Positions 1 to 13,931 of a stretch of DNA of 64,000 bases are shown here, in pieces. The notes beneath the pieces were generated by a model that did not search any database, was not told the origin of the DNA, and was given only the letters and a program-made list of their open reading frames with translations. The stretch's first letter is position 1. Each line of letters begins with the position of its first letter. The stretch comes from Ginglymostoma cirratum (Eukaryota): the NCBI GenBank assembly GCA_024137785.1, contig JAHRHZ010000263.1, positions 13,408,438-13,472,437 on the forward strand, in the 5' to 3' direction. The position numbers and the translations under genes are program-made.

Positions 1-97
1 CCTAGACCCTTCATCAGAAGGGTCTAGGCCCGAAACGTCAAGCTTTCCTGCTCCTATGATGCTGCTTGGCCTGCTGTGTTCATCCAGCTCCACACCT
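1..97. mobile_element. Penelope-derived hairpin element (family A), cut by window start
   Basis: Palindromic centre cctagacccttc-atca-gaagggtctagg, followed by the same arm (cccgaaacgtcaagctttcctgctcc...cagctccacacct) as at 16000-16080 and 59310-59390. Confidence 0.85.
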
Positions 98-99
98 AG

Positions 100-235
100 A
101 TTCTGGATAATAATGGATTCAGGAACATGGGTCAATGCAGGAAGATGGAGTGAGGCTAAAGATCAGCTGTGTCTTATTGAGTATTGAAGTGGAACGGCCA
201 AATAGCCAATACCTATTATGTTCTTGTATTCTTAC
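100..235 (+). mobile_element. Decayed CR1 LINE 3' tail
   Basis: Resembles the CR1 3' UTRs at 7620-7770 and 61735-61875. Confidence 0.5.
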
Positions 236-469
236 AGTTCTATTTGATAGCTTGACTCTGCATGTCCAAAACATATTAATCATGCAACTGACTTGCGTTT
301 ATCTGTTGAGTGATCCCACCTATTTCTGAAATACATATTCTCATTTCAATCTTCTTTCCTAGTCCTCCTTGTGGCTTGGTTATCCTTTCAAATTATTGCC
401 CATTCTCCTTACAAATTTATTTAATTCTCTTATAGCATGAGTCCATTTCCACAGTAGGCAATTTTTCCT

Positions 470-790
470 CAATCTTTTGAGATGTAACCCATTGATCTTG
501 CACAGCTTGCTGTTATCCTAAAACTTGCTCCAACATTCCAGGAAGTCTTCCCTTCTACACCATGTCTTCTCCAATTATTAACAGTTTTGTTCTACAATTC
601 CTATATTCAATAACAGATGGCACTGAAAGTAATTCAGAATTTACAACCGTTGAGGGCCTGGAATAATACTACAGGATGTCAATCATTTTTCTCCCTACCT
701 CATTGGGCCTGACAGAAATCATGACTTCTGGCTGTTTCCCTAACTTGCTCAATTTGTTCTGCACCTTAACAGTGGTGTCTTTTACCTTCA
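470..790 (-). mobile_element. Decayed LINE ORF1 SGNH-esterase fragment
   Basis: Minus translation gives VKDTTVKVQNKL..KQPEVMISVRPNEVGRK and TWCRREDFLECWSKF*DNSKLCKINGLHL, matching CR1 ORF1 esterase blocks (compare ORF 12280..12618). Confidence 0.55.
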
Positions 791-1974
791 TTAAAGCTTT
801 GCTTGACAGCCTGAACCTTTTTCAAAAACATGAACTTTAACTCGCTGTCTTTCCTTCATAGGAGTCAGGGAGAGATTTTCCATCACATTTGCACATTTTG
901 AACATGTGCAGGTTGCAGAATTCCTAGTGTATAATCTACACCTGAGTGTGTTTTGATGTTCTTCCACCCTATGAAGATTTAAACAATTATTTTCTTTTTC
1001 CAAAAGACTTCTAAGCAGAGAGAATGAATTCTCAAAACTTTATGCCAAATAAATGAGGAGATATATTTGAATTTATTTCTGTAATAAACTTTTCACAGAC
1101 AGGTAGCACCTGTGATCATCAACACTTTTGATCACAGTTTCTTTGGTAACAGGATAGTTACAGAAGAACAAAGGCGGCGTGTTGAAAAAAAATTCTTTTC
1201 ACTGACCCTGTTTAGCTCTATGGAAAATCCAATCACACAGTTTCTTTTCTCAGCAATGTTAGATGCTTACTGATTTTTTACACGTTAAAAACTTGGAAAC
1301 TGGAACAGATGAATTCAATCTGTAAAATATTGATTATTAATTGATAATTTGTTTATTTATTTCTGGAACTGTGTCATTATTAAAGTCTGTATAAATTGGC
1401 AAACTCAGTTTTTGTGCTAAAGGGTAAATATTTGAATCGAATGCTACAGGTATGTCAACTCCAAAACTACAATGGCATCGCCAAGAAATGCAGAGGGAGA
1501 AAATGTATTCATTTACTCCACGTACTTTGATTTAAATGTATGAGGGAAATGTATTGGGAATATTGAATCATTTACAGGAAAATTATGCCACTAATTATGA
1601 ACCAACTGCCAACGGCTTCATGCACACAATCTTTCCTAATACTATTCTCCTGCACTTTCCAAAAGAAGCCCTCATCAACACAATAGAAATACCCCTCTAT
1701 TTAGTGAGCCTCTTCCTCTGCGAACCTATCCTCTTCTCACCTCTCTCAAATTATTTGATTTGATACTATTTTGACTCTAATTAATATTAGAATAAAGGTC
1801 CTTGTGCATTAACCTAGCTAGCTCACTAGAGTGAGATACAACACAAGTTTGATACAGAGTACAGCATCCTCTAAATTATTCCAACAAGGGGAGGAATACG
1901 GAGGGAGTGGTGTGAGGGAGGGGGGAAAGTGAGAGGAAAGAAGTGGAAGAAAAACTGTGGAGGAGAGAACAACA

Positions 1975-2470
1975 TCAACAATATGCATAATACTGCATCT
2001 TAAATAGAATAAGACAACCCAAGATACTTCATAAAAATATTATTAAACAAAAATTGATGTAAGCTATATGTAGATATTTGGATAGATGGCCAAATCATAG
2101 AAATCATAGAATCCCTACAGTGTGGAAACAGGCCATTCGGCCCAACAAGTCCACAGTGTCTCGAGGTTTAACTAAAGAGAGCAGATTTAAGGAGGGCCTT
2201 GAGGAGGAGAGTGAAGCTAAGGGGTTTAGGGAAGAAATTCCAGAGATTAGCACCTGGTCAGCTGAATGCCTAACTGCTACTGACCAATGTATTAAAACTG
2301 AGCAAGCACAAGAGGCCAAATTTCTCACAGAATTATAAGGCTGCAGAATGATGTAGAGATAGAAAGAGGCAAGGGCATTGGAGGAATTATAATCAGGAAT
2401 AAGATTGTTGATTGATGATACGTTAATGAACTACGATAGCACAGGGGTGACGGATGAACAGACCAGGCAA
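1975..2470 (-). mobile_element. Decayed L2 LINE 3' region with an inserted HE1/CR1 tail (2096-2155)
   Basis: Similar to the L2 3' end at 20825-21330; 2096-2155 is the reverse complement of the HE1 tail (gcctgtttccacactgtagggattctatga). Confidence 0.55.
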
Positions 2471-2529
2471 GATAAAACAGGCTGGACTCTTTCCTCTCAA
2501 AGTGTAAAGATAGTATCTTTTTATTACTC

Positions 2530-3480
2530 TGTATATTTGATTATGGACTGAAATGGAAAAAGGACTGTTTCAAAAACAAAAGATTGTGGAAGGGATTACT
2601 CTACTTTTTAAAAGGCTAACTACACTCATTGTAGGTGTTCTTTACACTGCTGTTTATTCAAAGAGAGGGGAGGTTACTGCAAGTTGTCTGGAACCATGGG
2701 GTGTATACAAAGGGTGGTGACAAGTAGATGATTGATCTGCAGAGTAGTAACTAGTTGTCAGTGACAAAGACCTTCTGCCAGACAACAACAATGTGATTGG
2801 CTCCCAGTAGCTGAACAGCTTGTGGGTGTGAAGGATATGGTCAGAAGACTTCAGGCCTCTGGAAAGGGAGGTGGTGTCCTTCCTGCTGCAGAAAAATATG
2901 CCTAAAGCCTGAAGGAAGCCCTCACCTATTGCTGTAAACTGTTGCCTTCAATCAGTATATCAGAGACTTTATAAGTTGAGAACCAGTTGCTCTGTGCCTC
3001 CTGAGAGCAAGTGAATGGACCTGGAGAAGAGAGATTTCAGAGCAGCAAGTCTTGGCAAGCCAAAAGGATCACCTCAGTGAATCCCACGTTCAGGGATCAT
3101 TGACCTGCATTCCCAGCACTTCCTGCCATCTGTAACACTTGTTTTTTGTCTGTGTCTCTTTGTATGTGAGCACGGGGGAGTTTTAGAATGGGGAGTTGAA
3201 GTTTTAAAACGTAGACTTATATGTCACAAATTCATAATTGTTCACCTGTAACTGGAACCTATTTATCTCTACTAAAATGTAATTATTGTTAAATACATGA
3301 AACTGGCTCATGCTTTCTGTTAACCAAATGTAGAACGCAGTACACAATGAGTAATTGAAGCAATGAGCATTTAAAAATATTTACAAAGAAGCTATAAAAC
3401 CATGTAAGGGAAATCGGAATAAAAAGGTACATTGATAGTTTTAGATGAAGATGGCAGCTCATTAACCGTGTCCATGACTC
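2530..3480 (+). mobile_element. Possible decayed solo LTR
   Basis: Non-coding ~1 kb block beginning TG with LTR-like composition; termini not confirmed. Confidence 0.25.
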
Positions 3481-6400
3481 ACTGGGGCGAATTGTCTGTT
3501 TCTGTGCTATACAGCCCATGTAATATAATGGCATGAATTAGGAAATGAGCAGCAGAGTTTACTGGATCTTGTTTGCATTACATTTGCTTAACAGACATGA
3601 CAAGAAGGCAATTAATGCATACAATGTAATGGTCATTATTGGTTGAGGCCATCATTTTTAATCTGCATTATTGGATAATGAATGACCAGTGAATGAAGTG
3701 CAAATTGAAACCCCCGATGGGTAGCACTACTGAATCAACATGATTACTGCAATTGACATGAGCAGAGCTTCCAAGGAGAGAGAAGGTTCCGTTAATCCAT
3801 TCAGTTTGCATGTGGTTGCAGCCACTTACAGGCTGTGCGTGTGATACACACAATTTCTCCCATCCTTCATTTTTTTTTTGCTGCTGTCCCTATAGCCCTT
3901 ATGACCTTTCAGCCTCCTCTCATTTCCATTACGTTTCTTTCCATAAGTATTAATGTGGCCCACTTTACTCTCAGAGCCCATGACTTTGGACATTACAATG
4001 TATTGTTGTCTCTACAGCGTCCCCATTTAGGGTCAGAGCTACCTTGACCTATTTAAGCACTCCCTTTCTAGAACTCCCAGCCCCCTCTCATTCATTGTGG
4101 GATTGCACCCTATTATCTACATTTGCCCTCTATCACTGACACTATTTCCTTAGTCACTCAGTACAATGAATTCCTAGACTTGAGTTGATTGCTTTCTGCA
4201 TGACTCAATTAACTGTGCCCAGAGGAACCTCCTGACCATTACTTATCAGACTCCTAGAACTGCTGTGGCCCAACCCCTGGACAGATTTGACAGGACAACC
4301 CCGTTTGACCATGGCCTATTCCCCAGGCTGCTGTCTCAACAACGTCTCATCTGAATGACCTATAATTCCCAGATGGCCTGTACTTGACCTACATGACAGA
4401 CTATGGCCCAGACTCTGGTTGGACAATCAGCTTGACTAATTGTGTAACATAGACTGGAACAGTAATAACACCTTGACTGCTTGTGGCAGTACTCCCTGAT
4501 TGACTGTGGTCCTCCTTCACTCCTCTAATGACTGCCCCACTTTTACTTCCGTACATGGCCATTTACTTGAAGCACATGAAAAGTATTTGTCGCGTAATCT
4601 GCTATCAGTTGCTACAGGCCTGATGGTGATATAGCAACCACCCTCTGTGCAGCCCGCACCCCCCCCCCCAACCCCAACTTTGACTGAGTTTTTTCCAGTG
4701 TTCTCCACTATCACAAGCTGCCTCTTCCTCTACACTAAAAATGAATGCAAGCCACGGAGACTGGCATCCTGGAAGTGAGTGCTGTAGATCGTGCACTCTA
4801 AGAAAGCAATGTGAGGCAACAGAAGTTGGCAGCTGTAGGTCAGAGCTGAAGTCAGTCAGTGTGTGCTAAGAAAACAACACAAAGTTTCCAGAGGCTGGCA
4901 GCTTCCAATTAGGTGGTAAAGCGAGCACCAAGAAAACAGACCAAAAGTCATAAAATGCTTGTGTCTGCATGAGTGTAAAAACATTCTGTGAAGATGCGTG
5001 AGATATGTGTGTGCTCCTGCATGCAAAGCCACCTGGCAGTAGTATGGAAATCACCAGTGTCCCTGGGATCTGGAGTAAAGTGTTGAAAGTCCTGTAGCAG
5101 TGCTGGCTGGATGTGGGAGCAGGAATGATGATGTGATGCGGCTGGTCATTTGTAGAAGTCAACTGACATGGATGGAGGTTTGAAGAAGATGGTGTCCACG
5201 GCGTTTGTTGCTGTTGCAAAGCTGCGCAGGATGGCTGGGGCGAGCATTCAATGAGTTTCGGTCACCAGATATACAGACTGATTTATGTCTGGAATTTAGT
5301 TTCATGGTGGAGGAGAGGGGAGTTGAAAGCTGTGTTTCAATAGGGCAAGTAGAGTTTTCGTTGTGAAGTGCCTGGAAATAAGGTAGTTGCTGCTTAATCA
5401 TGAGATTCTAAAGTTGCCATTTTAAGGCTTGAGGGGAAATCAGTCAGACTTCTCTCACTGCCAAGAATCTGATATTTTCATTTTCACCATACTTTCCAGT
5501 TTAACACAATTACTTTTGCCACACCAGGAAGACAATACCTTGGCAAATGTCCAGCTTTATCTAACTATTAACTCTTACAGCTAGCACCTTTGGAAGAAAT
5601 GAAAACAGAAATGCAGGCAGCAGTTAAAAGGTTTGACAGAAGCTGTGGAAGGAGAGTTAATGCTTCTAATCAATATGACCCATCCTTCGGAATGAAATAT
5701 TGTATGGAACAACAAGGACTCAAATTGATGCAAATAAAGATTGAAAGCTAATACCTTGATCAGACACCATTTGCCACAGTAAGAAAATAATATTGGTCAA
5801 TACGCTGCATTGTAAACAAAGTGTAATATAGAGGCAAACACCAAGATGCTGGTAAGCAGACGGAGCGTTTAAAATGCAGCCTCAGTTACCTTACCTATTT
5901 TTAGATTGGGTGTAGGTGGTTGTGACCACAGCTATCTAATATAGTCATTCACAATTTAAAAGCATTTTTCAGATAGTTTTGTTGTCCATCTGAGAGATAG
6001 CACGTACATAGACAAAGATACAGCGGAGACACTTAGGGCTCTACAAAACTTAATTAATTTATGAATTACTTCAACAAATAACACACACTTTTAACTCCTA
6101 GAGATATCTCAATCACTGTCTTTCACTCCTCTGATTTCTGTAACAACCCCAACATTATTACCCAGGAGAGTTGACAGCTGGCCAGGCTGAAACTCTGCTT
6201 AATGTCTTCACCAGGCCACCTGACGTAGGGTACTTTTTTCAATGTTAATCTTCAAAGTGTTGCTGAACAAAAGCATTTCTTCAGGCTCTTTCTACATAAG
6301 CCTCTGTGCCAAGTCTGTGCTTTATTTGGAATTATCTGTGCATGTGACCAATCCTGAATGTTTTGGTCAAATGCATGCCTTATTGGTAGAGACCCAGTCA

Positions 6401-7319
6401 CTGATTTCCTGCACTTTTAACTCATAGTAGACCTGAATGACTCATCATAATTCTATTCGCATCACTGCCCATTGTAAAGCCTCTGACCAGCTCTTGTTAT
6501 CTTCAGCCTTATTCAACAGTTTATTACATGTGTTAAGCAGCAGCAATTAATACAAGATGCATTATTTATTTAGACAAAGAATATATAACCTGAGACAGAT
6601 GAGAAAGTTTTACAAATCCTGAAGTCATTCTGTAAAATAGAGAAGTTGAGGTAATGGATCTCTATGATTTGAAAGTGCTGGACTCCTCATCCCTGAAGTT
6701 TTGAAGTCTTTGGTGTTAGTCTTTGATGATAATAGCCTTTGTTCTTCACTCAAACTCTTGGTCTTCTCCCAAGAAGGCGATGACTCGTCCTCCTGGATCT
6801 TCCCTCTCAAATTTATCCCTTATTGTTGGCGTTGGCAGTCTATGAACTGTCAATCACTTGTCTAACCCTTTCAGTTAAAAACCACAGGAAGCTAGTTGTC
6901 TCGTCAGCATCACTATTGTCCCCTTGTCCACTTCCATTTGAAGGTTGGTTGTCATTCCTTCTAAAATCAAAGCATCTTGTTTCCTCAAACACAGCATGGA
7001 TAATCTGGTGGTTTGATGCCCAATAAGTGTTTGGTGCAAGCTCAATGGAGCATCATGACCCCAATGATCATGGTGATTTTTTTTTAACCAGAGGCTAGAA
7101 ATTTGTTTACACTTGTAGAAGGCTTGTTACTCCTGCAACATTGTTCAATGGGCTCTCATGCTACACAGGAAATACTAAATACAAAACACTGAAAGAATTC
7201 AGTTTTAAAGGGGACCCCAATTTTCAACACCATATATTACCTAGGCATGAACTAATGGCTGTATTGTAATGCTTACCTTTTAAGGCAGAGGATTCTTGTG
7301 GTTGTCAGAAGCGAGACGG

Positions 7320-7770
7320 TCATGCAACTCGTCTGGCTAGGCCTGTATTATCTGAAGTTTAAAAGAGTCAAAGGTGAATCAATTGAAATATTTACAATCC
7401 CGAGCGGACTTGACTGGATGGATGTGGGAAAGATGTTTCTTCTTGCAGGGAAGTCTGAAACTAAGGGTCACAGCTTAAAAATCAGGGGTCTCATATTTAA
7501 GACCGATGAGGAAACATTTTTTTACTTCAGAGGGTTATCAGACTTTGGATTCCCATCCTTAAAAGGCATTGGAATACAGAATTTTGAAATCCTTTTAAGG
7601 CAGAGGTTGGTAGATTCTTGAAGATCACGGGGTTGAAAGACGATTCAGGGTATTCAGGAGTGTAGAGTTGAGTAGAGTTAAAATCAGGGCAGCATGATTT
7701 TATTGAATGGCTGAGCAGATTGGAAGGGCTGACTGGCCTATTCTTATTCCTTGTTCTGTGTTTATAAGAT
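7320..7770 (+). mobile_element. CR1 LINE 3' fragment (ORF2 C-terminus plus 3' UTR)
   Basis: ORF 7298..7621 contains LGLYYLKFKRVKGESIEIF...GHSLKIRG, the CR1 ORF2 C-terminal motif. Confidence 0.85.
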
Positions 7771-9339
7771 TGCTGTGTGGAATAACGATTGCGGAGAGAT
7801 GTAAATCGAAGATTTTCTCCAAGGATCATTGGTCTGAGCCCAGGCAAGGCAAATGGGGTGACACCCATTGAGGAGTGATGACTGTAAAGGAACACAGGGG
7901 TTATCGCACACTCAGACGTTGCCGCCTCGAGTCAGGAAGTGAGTGAGGGAGAAGAACTTCAGTATTCTGTATTGTGGTGATTCACTGTGCCCAGCAGAAC
8001 CTGGTATAGCAGATGACTCTCTTCAGTGTGCCATCTTTTCTGCTGAGGTAGATGAGAGTAAGAGAAAATATATCCCGTGGACAATGACACAGGATGCACC
8101 AATGACAGCAGCGGCTGCAATGCATGTAAAAGAAAGCTGTGGGTCCTTCCATCTGCATGGGATCCAGTTGAGACTCTGTGCCAGCACTGAGTCAGAGTTA
8201 CTCACCTCCTTGTGGATGCCCGGATAGCATGTGGTGCCACACTATGGCAATGGGACACGGGCCCAATTGAAGTCAAAGTCCACAAACCATCTGCCCTTCA
8301 GTCACAGCACCTCTTTCACGCAATCATTCCAAGCCCCTATATCTGACCATGGCCCACCCTGGGAATAAATATCACATGAAATGTTGGAGTAAGGCATCAA
8401 ATATATGTTACCAATAAATCATGCACACAGTGCCATGTAGATCAAATATAGAAGAAAACCATGAGAGCCAGTAAGTGGTGTTGTTCATACATTTGTTTTT
8501 AGGTGGTTCTGCATTGTGCTGCTGGAGCTGAGGGAGGTCCAGCAGAATGCCTTCCTGCTCCAGGGGATTAAATAGCTGTGGCAGATGACCATGGGGCAGT
8601 GGGGCTCATGGTGGTCCTGGGAAAGTCTGAGAAACCTGCATCACTGGTGGAAGCTTTTCTCATATTGCTGAAAGGAGTGTTTGTGTTATAGCCAAAGGAG
8701 CTCCAGTGTCATTTGTCAAAGTCAGGAACAGTGTGAATAAAACTCCAAAAGGCTTTGGCTATCCATTCCTTGGCCTTGCTCCACTCAAGTACTTGACTGA
8801 GGCTGAGTTCCTCCTGGCAATGGGTCCATGCTGTACAGTAAAATGTTAATTAATTATACCTTTACTTTGGGAATAGTTACTGAACTCGGGTATAGGAACT
8901 AGGTTATGGTGATAACAGATCACACGGTGCTGGATCCTGAGTGTGTGGTTTCCTGAAGATATCCTGTCTCACAATTCCCTCTAAAAAGCTATATTCAATA
9001 AAGCTTGTTCACACTGATTCCATCTTATTACCTGGATCTCTGAAGAATCACAGCAATCCAGAACTAAATGTAACTCATGGATGATACATATAGTGCAGTC
9101 AAACATAATGATTGCTGTATCTCTTGGTGGCTTGTCATGTGTGAATTTAAATACAGGTCACCTTTCTCTCAATGGAGGAGGCATTGTGCTCATAAGCCAG
9201 AACCCACAAGCTGTTAATGGGCTGCATTGCACAATATACTTACAAAAGGTCCATCATCCCTCCATGTGGGTACCTGACTTCAAAATCTCACCTTGGGACT
9301 TGAAGCCTTTTTTGCAAAGTTCAGTCCAGTAATGCCATT

Positions 9340-9790
9340 TCAGCTGTGACTCAGCTCAAAGCACTCTTTGTCATGAGTTTCACAGTTCCAGGTTCAAATT
9401 TCATTTGAAGTTTCAAGGATAAAGATGAATGCTGATGCTCCACTAGAGTACTGTGCAAATGCTTTGCCATTAGACATGCATTGCTTTCGATGAGCCATTA
9501 AACCAACTCCTTACCAGCCTGCTTGGGTCAATGAAAATATCCTATATAACCATACTGAAAAAGAAGACATGAGTTATCAAAAGTGTCCTGAAACCACTTA
9601 TTCTTCAACTAATATCGAAAAAGAACAGATTATTTGCTCATTACCACTCTGCTATTTGCAGATATGTGCTGTGTACAGACTGATTCAGTGTTTCTGACAT
9701 TACCACACGTCTCAGATTCTTTATTGGCTGTAAAGTGCTTTAAAATGCGCTGGTGGTCATGGGATGCACTTTAAAAATAAAAGTTTGTTT
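9340..9790 (+). mobile_element. DeuSINE (SacSINE1/AmnSINE1-like)
   Basis: tRNA-like head, Deu-domain-like core (gctttcgatgagccattaaacc...gaagacatgagttatc...gtgtcctg) and L2-type tail (ttggctgtaaagtgcttt...). Confidence 0.7.
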
Positions 9791-11261
9791 CCATTTTTTC
9801 TGAATCTTCACACCTGCTGAGTGCTTCTGTTCCTATTACATCTTTCTAACCTCTACAGTATTTCACTTTTACACAAAAAGTCTAACACAGCTATTAGTCA
9901 ATGAAGCTCATTATTATAAAAACCACTTATGCATTCATCAGGATTGGGCTGAGTTTTTCTGGAATGGTAAAAGTTCAGCTGCTGAGGCTGAAAGCAAGAG
10001 ATAAATCTGATTTAGCCAGTTGTGGGACCCAGGGAGACATATGTTTACGCTCATGCGGGTTCAAGAAAATTTACATCCATGACTAATGTTGCTAAGGAGC
10101 TCTGCTTAATTGTAATTATGAGCTGACCTTATAAAGTACTTCTGTATGCATTAAGAACAAATTAGCATGATATCCAAGTCCCTTCAGAACCATCAATGAT
10201 GTGCTAATTTTATGAATGCCGATATTATTTTACCACATCTGTGCACATCGACAAAACTTGCAGCAAGTTATGGACATCAGCATGATAGAATATCTCAGGT
10301 GTAAATGCAAAATATTGTCTTCAGAAAATTAAACAAATGATCAAAGCTACTCAGAAAACACTGAAATTAAAATCTTAAGATACAAACATCTAATTGGATG
10401 AATAAAAATTCAGGAGATACAAATTGTTTGCTTCTGCAATAGAAGTATGAAGAACAATAATTTGTTAATAAATGTAGGATAAATTTTTGTGGATTGAATT
10501 GTATGATCTAATCAAAATGAGTACAGGGATATCAGTGAACATGAAAAGGCCAAGAAAGTAGTTAATGGATCTTGTCTGATTTTGCAAGGCTAGATCCTCC
10601 TGCTAATTTGAAAAGATTATGTTGTTGTGTGTAACATGTAACACATCATGCAGCTGATTTTACTAGGAGAGGGAACAGGGCACTATTTGTGAGGCGCAAG
10701 GAATTTGTTGCCATGCCTGGATCAACCAGGTTTCTGCTCAATGTGAGAAATGACACAAATTCCAATCAGGAACAACTTTGCTTCCTGCTTCCTGGATGCA
10801 TCTGAGCTACTTTCTAAATTCTAACTAACATCATCATCTTAGGCCCAGCAAAGCAATGCCTGTTGTCATGGGTTCCTTTCTGGGTTTAGTGAAGTATGCA
10901 ATTTTGTAAAGAGTGAAATTCAGCCCATTAATTCCTTTGGGGAAATGGGGGCCATGTAATTCTTTGCCAGACAAGGTACTTCACCTCTTCCTGTCAGTAT
11001 CTCTAAGGTGCAGGGTTTTCATAATAAAATGATTCTGCCCCTAGAAGAGGTTAGGGATGCCCTTCTGTTTGGTGGTCAGTTCCCAGTATGCCATCCTGTT
11101 ACCTTTAGTGCAACAAGAGGAACCAGAATTACATTGAATAGCAAGACATCAAAATGCTGCTAATTTGATGTAGAGTAATGTGATACCTTGTTCACAACAA
11201 GCTACATACAAGACCCTACAATTACAATAAATCTCATAAAGCTTTCTCTCTCATCAGTTTT

Positions 11262-11390
11262 ACAGAAAGATCACTGAAACTTTGACGATGTTTTTTCTAC
11301 AGAGATGCTGCCAGACCTGCTGAGTTTCTCCAGTAATTTCTGTATTTGTTTCAAACTCCCAGCATCCATAGTTCTTTGTTTTTTGTTTCC
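11262..11390 (+). mobile_element. Penelope-derived short element (family C), single arm
   Basis: cagagatgctgccagacctgctgagtttctccag...ccagcatcc, the same arm as at 24632-24816 and 62650-62841. Confidence 0.75.
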
Positions 11391-11544
11391 CTGTAATTTG
11401 TGACTGTGTCCAAAATCAAAAACAACTATCAGAAAACAAATGTTTTCTCGATTCTGATGGAGTTCACAAGGATGGATACCAACTGAGCAGAACCGTGGTG
11501 TTACATCTCTAATGGGAGGAGTGCACTTGTACTCAGGCTCCCTT

Positions 11545-12760
11545 GGCCCGTATGCAGATTAAAATCACCCGTGTTAACTGTGTTGTCCATGCTACATGCT
11601 TCTCTCATCTTCTGATTTATACTGTGCCCACTCTACCACTATTTGGTGACCTATCAATAACTCCAAACAATGTCTGCTGTTCCTTAGTTCCACCCAAACA
11701 GGATCTATATTGTCCTTCTGATGTGACAGCCCCCCTTACTATTGTACTTATCCCATCCCTTATTATCAATGCAACTCCATCCATTTTTCCTTCTTGATTG
11801 TCCTTCCTCAGCATTGAACATCCTTGGATATTTAATTTGCAGTTGGTCGCCATACAGTCTTGGTTTCACTATTGACAATTAGATAATATCCCCATGTATC
11901 TCTATTTGTACCTTGAGACCATCTACCTTGCTGTAAATTCTGTGTACATTCAGGTCGGCTGCCTTTAACTTTGTCCCTTTGACATCATTCCAGATTCAGA
12001 GCAGCCTTGATGTTCAGCTTTGTTTAACCTGTCTTCTAGTCTCCCCAGCATCTTTCTGAGTTCCTATTCTTCATGTTACTTTGCTCCAATTTGGGATATT
12101 GCTCAGGTTCCCATCCTCGTAACAAACTCATTTCAAGTCTGCACTAGCACATCTCCCTGCCTGGATATCATTCTCTGTCCTGTTAAAGCGTCATGCATCC
12201 AGCTTGTACACATCATACCTGTCCCAGAACAGTCACAATTCCTCAGAAATTAAAAATTCCTTCCTTCTACGCCAGTTGTCTATTCATTTTTCAATTGCTC
12301 AATCAAGAGATAACTGTTCTTGATGCCCTGCTTTTGAATTTTCATCCTAACTCCCTGAAATTGGACATCATCCACCTTCCTTCCTACATTGTTGGCACCA
12401 ATGTGGACAATGACTTCTGGCTGATCCCCCTCCATCAGGAAGTTGATCTGCAGCCATTTCATTTCATCCTTGACCCTGCCATCAGGGATGCAATCCACCA
12501 GCCTGGAGTCACATTTACTGCCACAGAAATGCCTGTTTGATCCCCTGACCATGCAATCCCCAAAAGCTATTGTACTTCCTTTCTTTTTCTTCTTCCGCTG
12601 TACATCTGAATTGACCATGGTTCCATGGACTTGGTACTGGATACACTTTTCTCAGGAACCATTGCCCTCACCAGTTTCCAAAATGGAACACTGAATAGGA
12701 AGCAAAATGGATTGAATGGACTCCTACACTACCTGAATAGCTTTCTTAGTTTGCCTGGTA
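11545..12760 (-). mobile_element. CR1 LINE 5' part: ORF1 esterase and start of ORF2 endonuclease, decayed
   Basis: ORF 12280..12618 has GDCMVRG...QPEVIVHIGANNVGRK (SGNH esterase); ORF 11617..11853 has LNIQG..LRKD...GVALII (APE endonuclease). Confidence 0.85.
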
Positions 12761-13931
12761 GTCACCCAGCCTTCTTTGCTTCTAAAACTGACTCAATCTC
12801 AGTATCATGGATCTGAAATTATATTTCAAGTAAGGTGCTTAATACCTGCCATGGACTAAAATGAAAGTATCTTGATAGAAAGGTCGTGGCTTCTTGCTCA
12901 TGATCAGCCAGCCTGTATACTATGCAAAAAGGCATTTCTCCAAACACAACTGTAACAAATATCTGTCCTGTTGAGCTTAAAAAAAACAAAATGTGAGTCC
13001 CCTTGGAGATGTGCAATTCTTCAAGCCCAATTCTTTTCTTGTCTTCTGATCACAGTCATCTCAGTGTGCCCAAATGAGAGGGGGAATTCCCCTCCTAGAC
13101 ACCTCTATTGTCATTGTTAGTCAGGCTATAATATTTTATTCTGAAAAGACATTTACTTGGATCTGTTCTGAGTATGTGTACCCAAGTTGTTTTTACAAAT
13201 TGTGGTGAATTGACCCAGTATTTTTATCTTGCCAATTTTATCTCTTTTTTTTCATTTCCTCCTTTCCTTAACATAAGACCATTAGAGCATAAAACATGGA
13301 AGTAGAAGTTGGCATTAAGCCCATCAATTCTGCTCAGCCATTCAATGAGATCATGCCTGGTCTGATAATTCTCAACTCCAATTTCCTGCCTTTTTCCCAT
13401 AATCCTTGATTCCCTTACTGATTAAAAATGTGTCTATCTCGGCATTGAGTACACTTATTGACTCAACACATGCAGCCCTCTATGGTGGAAAATTTCACAG
13501 ACTCACTATCTGCTGATAGAAGAAATTTCTACTCATCTCAGTTTAGATATGTGACCTCTTATTCTGAGATTATGCCCTCTGGTTCTAGACTTTCCGACAG
13601 GGGAAACAACATTTCCGCCTCTACCCCTCAAGTCCCCTGAAGTATCTTGTGTGTTACAAAAAAGGTCACCTTTTGTTCTTCTAAATTCCAATGAGTACAT
13701 CCCCACTCTGCTCAATGTCTCCTCATAAGGAAATCCCTCCATGCCCAGAATCAACAAAGTGAACCATCTCCAATGACAGTATATTTTCCTTTGATAATGG
13801 GCCCAAATTTGTTCACAGTATTCCAGCTGTGGTCTGGCTCGTGCTCTGTATAATGTTAGCAAAAACCTTCCTTTTTTGTGATCTATTCCCTTTGAAATAA
13901 AAGTCAGCTTTCCATTTGCCTTCCCTATTAT

